27,137 nt of DNA from Armatimonadota bacterium (lineage in GTDB: Bacteria; Sysuimicrobiota; Sysuimicrobiia; Sysuimicrobiales; Humicultoraceae), in NCBI GenBank assembly GCA_052386995.1, contig JBQTJP010000035.1, forward strand, positions 1 to 27,137, given 5' to 3'. Of the stretch, positions 25,732 through 27,137 are shown piece by piece (within the stretch, counting starts at the first letter, position 1; the number at the start of each line of letters is the position of its first letter). The position numbers were made by a program, and so were the translations under genes. A model generated the notes under the pieces. That model was not told the DNA's origin. It made no database searches and saw only the letters and a list, made by a program, of their open reading frames with translations.

Positions 25732-26676
25732 CACGGTTGCACCTCCCTGACGCTCCGGTCGAATCTCACTCATGTCGTGAATGACGTCCTCAGCGGCCGC
25801 GCCCACCGCATGGGCTTGCCAGGACTCGCCCCGCAGTGGCTCGTGCCCGGGACTTCTTGACGGTTCTTCCGTCGCCGGAGGCTCGTCCTGCGCGGCACCC
25901 GTGGGCGGAGCTTCCTCCGGGCTCGCCGGGGACCCAGCGCCCGCCTCGGCGCGGATGAGCCGCTCATAGTGCGCGCGCAAACCTTCAAACTGCTGGCGGC
26001 GATCCAACCGCACCTTGCCTGCACCTTCAATCCGGCGCGGCGGCTTTTGCGCGGCATCCATGACCGCGCCGACGACCGCTTCGGCCTCACTGGACGTCAC
26101 CGCCTCCGCACCCACGTGCAGCAGGCTCGTCCGTTCCGAAGTCAGGGTGAGGGCGGCCAGCGCCACGGCAGCGCCGGCGAATTGCATCACCGACAGGGCC
26201 TCCAGCGACGGCCGGTAGCCGCTCCGTTCGATGAGCGGACGCAGCGCCTCGACGGCCGCCAGGGCCACGGTGCGCAGGCGTTGCGACTGTCCGGGCGGCG
26301 CCTGCGCCGTCCCGGTCAAGGTCTTCTGGGCGCCTTCGCGCTCATACCGCAGCTCGACGATGACGTTGGTCATCGTCTCCGTCATCGTTTCTTCGAGCCG
26401 GACGAGCTGAGAGGCCGGGATGCGCTCGGTGTCGGGCGTAGGCTGCAGGTGGGCGATCTGAACGCGCCAGCCATCAACGGGCAGGTTGAACTGACTCATC
26501 AGCGCGGACGTAATGGCACGCCTGATCCCGCCGTCATCGCGCGCCGACTCGGTCGTGACATAGATGCGCTCGATGTCGCCGGCCTCATTCGCCACGACGC
26601 GCACCGCCGCGACGGCATCGAGCCGTTCGAGGAAGGCTTCGATCTCTTCTGCGAAAACTTCCCGGGGCACCGGCAT
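25453..26676 (-). CDS. Hypothetical protein with a C-terminal Hfq (Sm-like) domain
   Basis: C-terminal [61 protein letters not shown] aligns by eye with the Hfq helix-Sm1-Sm2 ([YF]KH) core. GGAG before ATG 26676. Confidence 0.8.
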   Translation of the reverse strand: MPVPREVFAEEIEAFLERLDAVAAVRVVANEAGDIERIYVTTESARDDGGIRRAITSALMSQFNLPVDGWRVQIAHLQPTPDTERIPASQLVRLEETMTETMTNVIVELRYEREGAQKTLTGTAQAPPGQSQRLRTVALAAVEALRPLIERSGYRPSLEALSVMQFAGAAVALAALTLTSERTSLLHVGAEAVTSSEAEAVVGAVMDAAQKPPRRIEGAGKVRLDRRQQFEGLRAHYERLIRAEAGAGSPASPEEAPPTGAAQDEPPATEEPSRSPGHEPLRGESWQAHAVGAAAEDVIHDMSEIRPERQGGATVMREEIRTDGPTGTKAPPRPSLEDAFYRRLVGAATPVYIRCRDGYEIPSAIVKDFGTYSLLIENNGTQELLFKHGIIAIRPYGPLPPESGAPS

Positions 26677-26832
26677 TGCTCCGAGTGGGATGATTGAATG
26701 AGCCCCTCTTCTGCGGCCCGCGGAAGGTCTCCTTCCCTTACACATGACTGGTGACGCGATTCATTCAGCACGCTAATCTACTTGTGATGCGCGGGACCAC
26801 GCGCAGGTTCGGCTCCCGAAAGGAGACGGCCA

Positions 26833-27120
26833 ATGAACGCACGCGCAGTCGCGACGTGGGTAGACCGATATGTCCGGGCCTGGAAAACGAACGATCCTGA
26901 CGATATCAAAGAGTTGTTTACCGAGAATGCGAGGTATTACACTGCCCCACACCGCAGGCCGTGGAAGGGACGCAAGCAGATCGTTCAGGGATGGTTAGGC
27001 AGAAAAGACCAGCAGGGCCAGTGGAAGTTTCGCAACAAAGTCCTGGCAGTTACCCCGAAGATGGGTTTCGTCAGGGGATGGACGCGAGCGCGCTCAGCTG
27101 TGGAACCAGCGCCATCTTGA
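26833..27120 (+). pseudogene. NTF2/SnoaL-like protein, probably C-terminally truncated
   Basis: AAGGAG SD; WVDRYVRAWKTNDPDDIKELFTENARY..P..GR..I typical N-terminus. Family-like sequence appears to stop after GFVRGWT. Lower GC than the flanks. Confidence 0.55.
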
Positions 27121-27137
27121 CGGCATCCTCGGGGATG

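Overview
GC-rich (roughly two-thirds G+C) bacterial chromosomal window, almost all genes on the minus strand. Left to right: a partial D-2-hydroxyacid dehydrogenase; a stand-alone protein of two tandem Cas4-like PD-(D/E)XK domains (one apparently active, one degenerate); two divergently transcribed paralogous 47-aa membrane peptides, one missed by the ORF track; a TetR-TolC-HlyD-2xATPase-permease (YbhGFSR-like) exporter operon with a perfect operator palindrome; a Bacillota-like housekeeping block (yabE-like G5/3D, rsmA, ispE, NTP-transferase, purR, orphan SMI1/KNR4) interrupted by an aminotransferase and an LCP gene; a propionyl-CoA to succinyl-CoA cluster (carboxyltransferase, biotin carboxylase, biotin carrier, methylmalonyl-CoA mutase large subunit, MeaB, epimerase) interleaved with DinB, GNAT and NUDIX genes; an Hfq-domain fusion gene with an internal ribosome-binding site; and a lower-GC, probably truncated NTF2-like gene. 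The most notable unannotated items are a candidate ~92-nt promoter-driven hairpin small RNA (13732-13823, minus), the Hfq fusion, the tandem Cas4-like protein, the twin prepilin-like micropeptides and an apparent ACG start for the biotin carboxylase. No CRISPR array, tRNA, rRNA or transposase was seen. All family calls come from motif recognition by eye, not from database searches.
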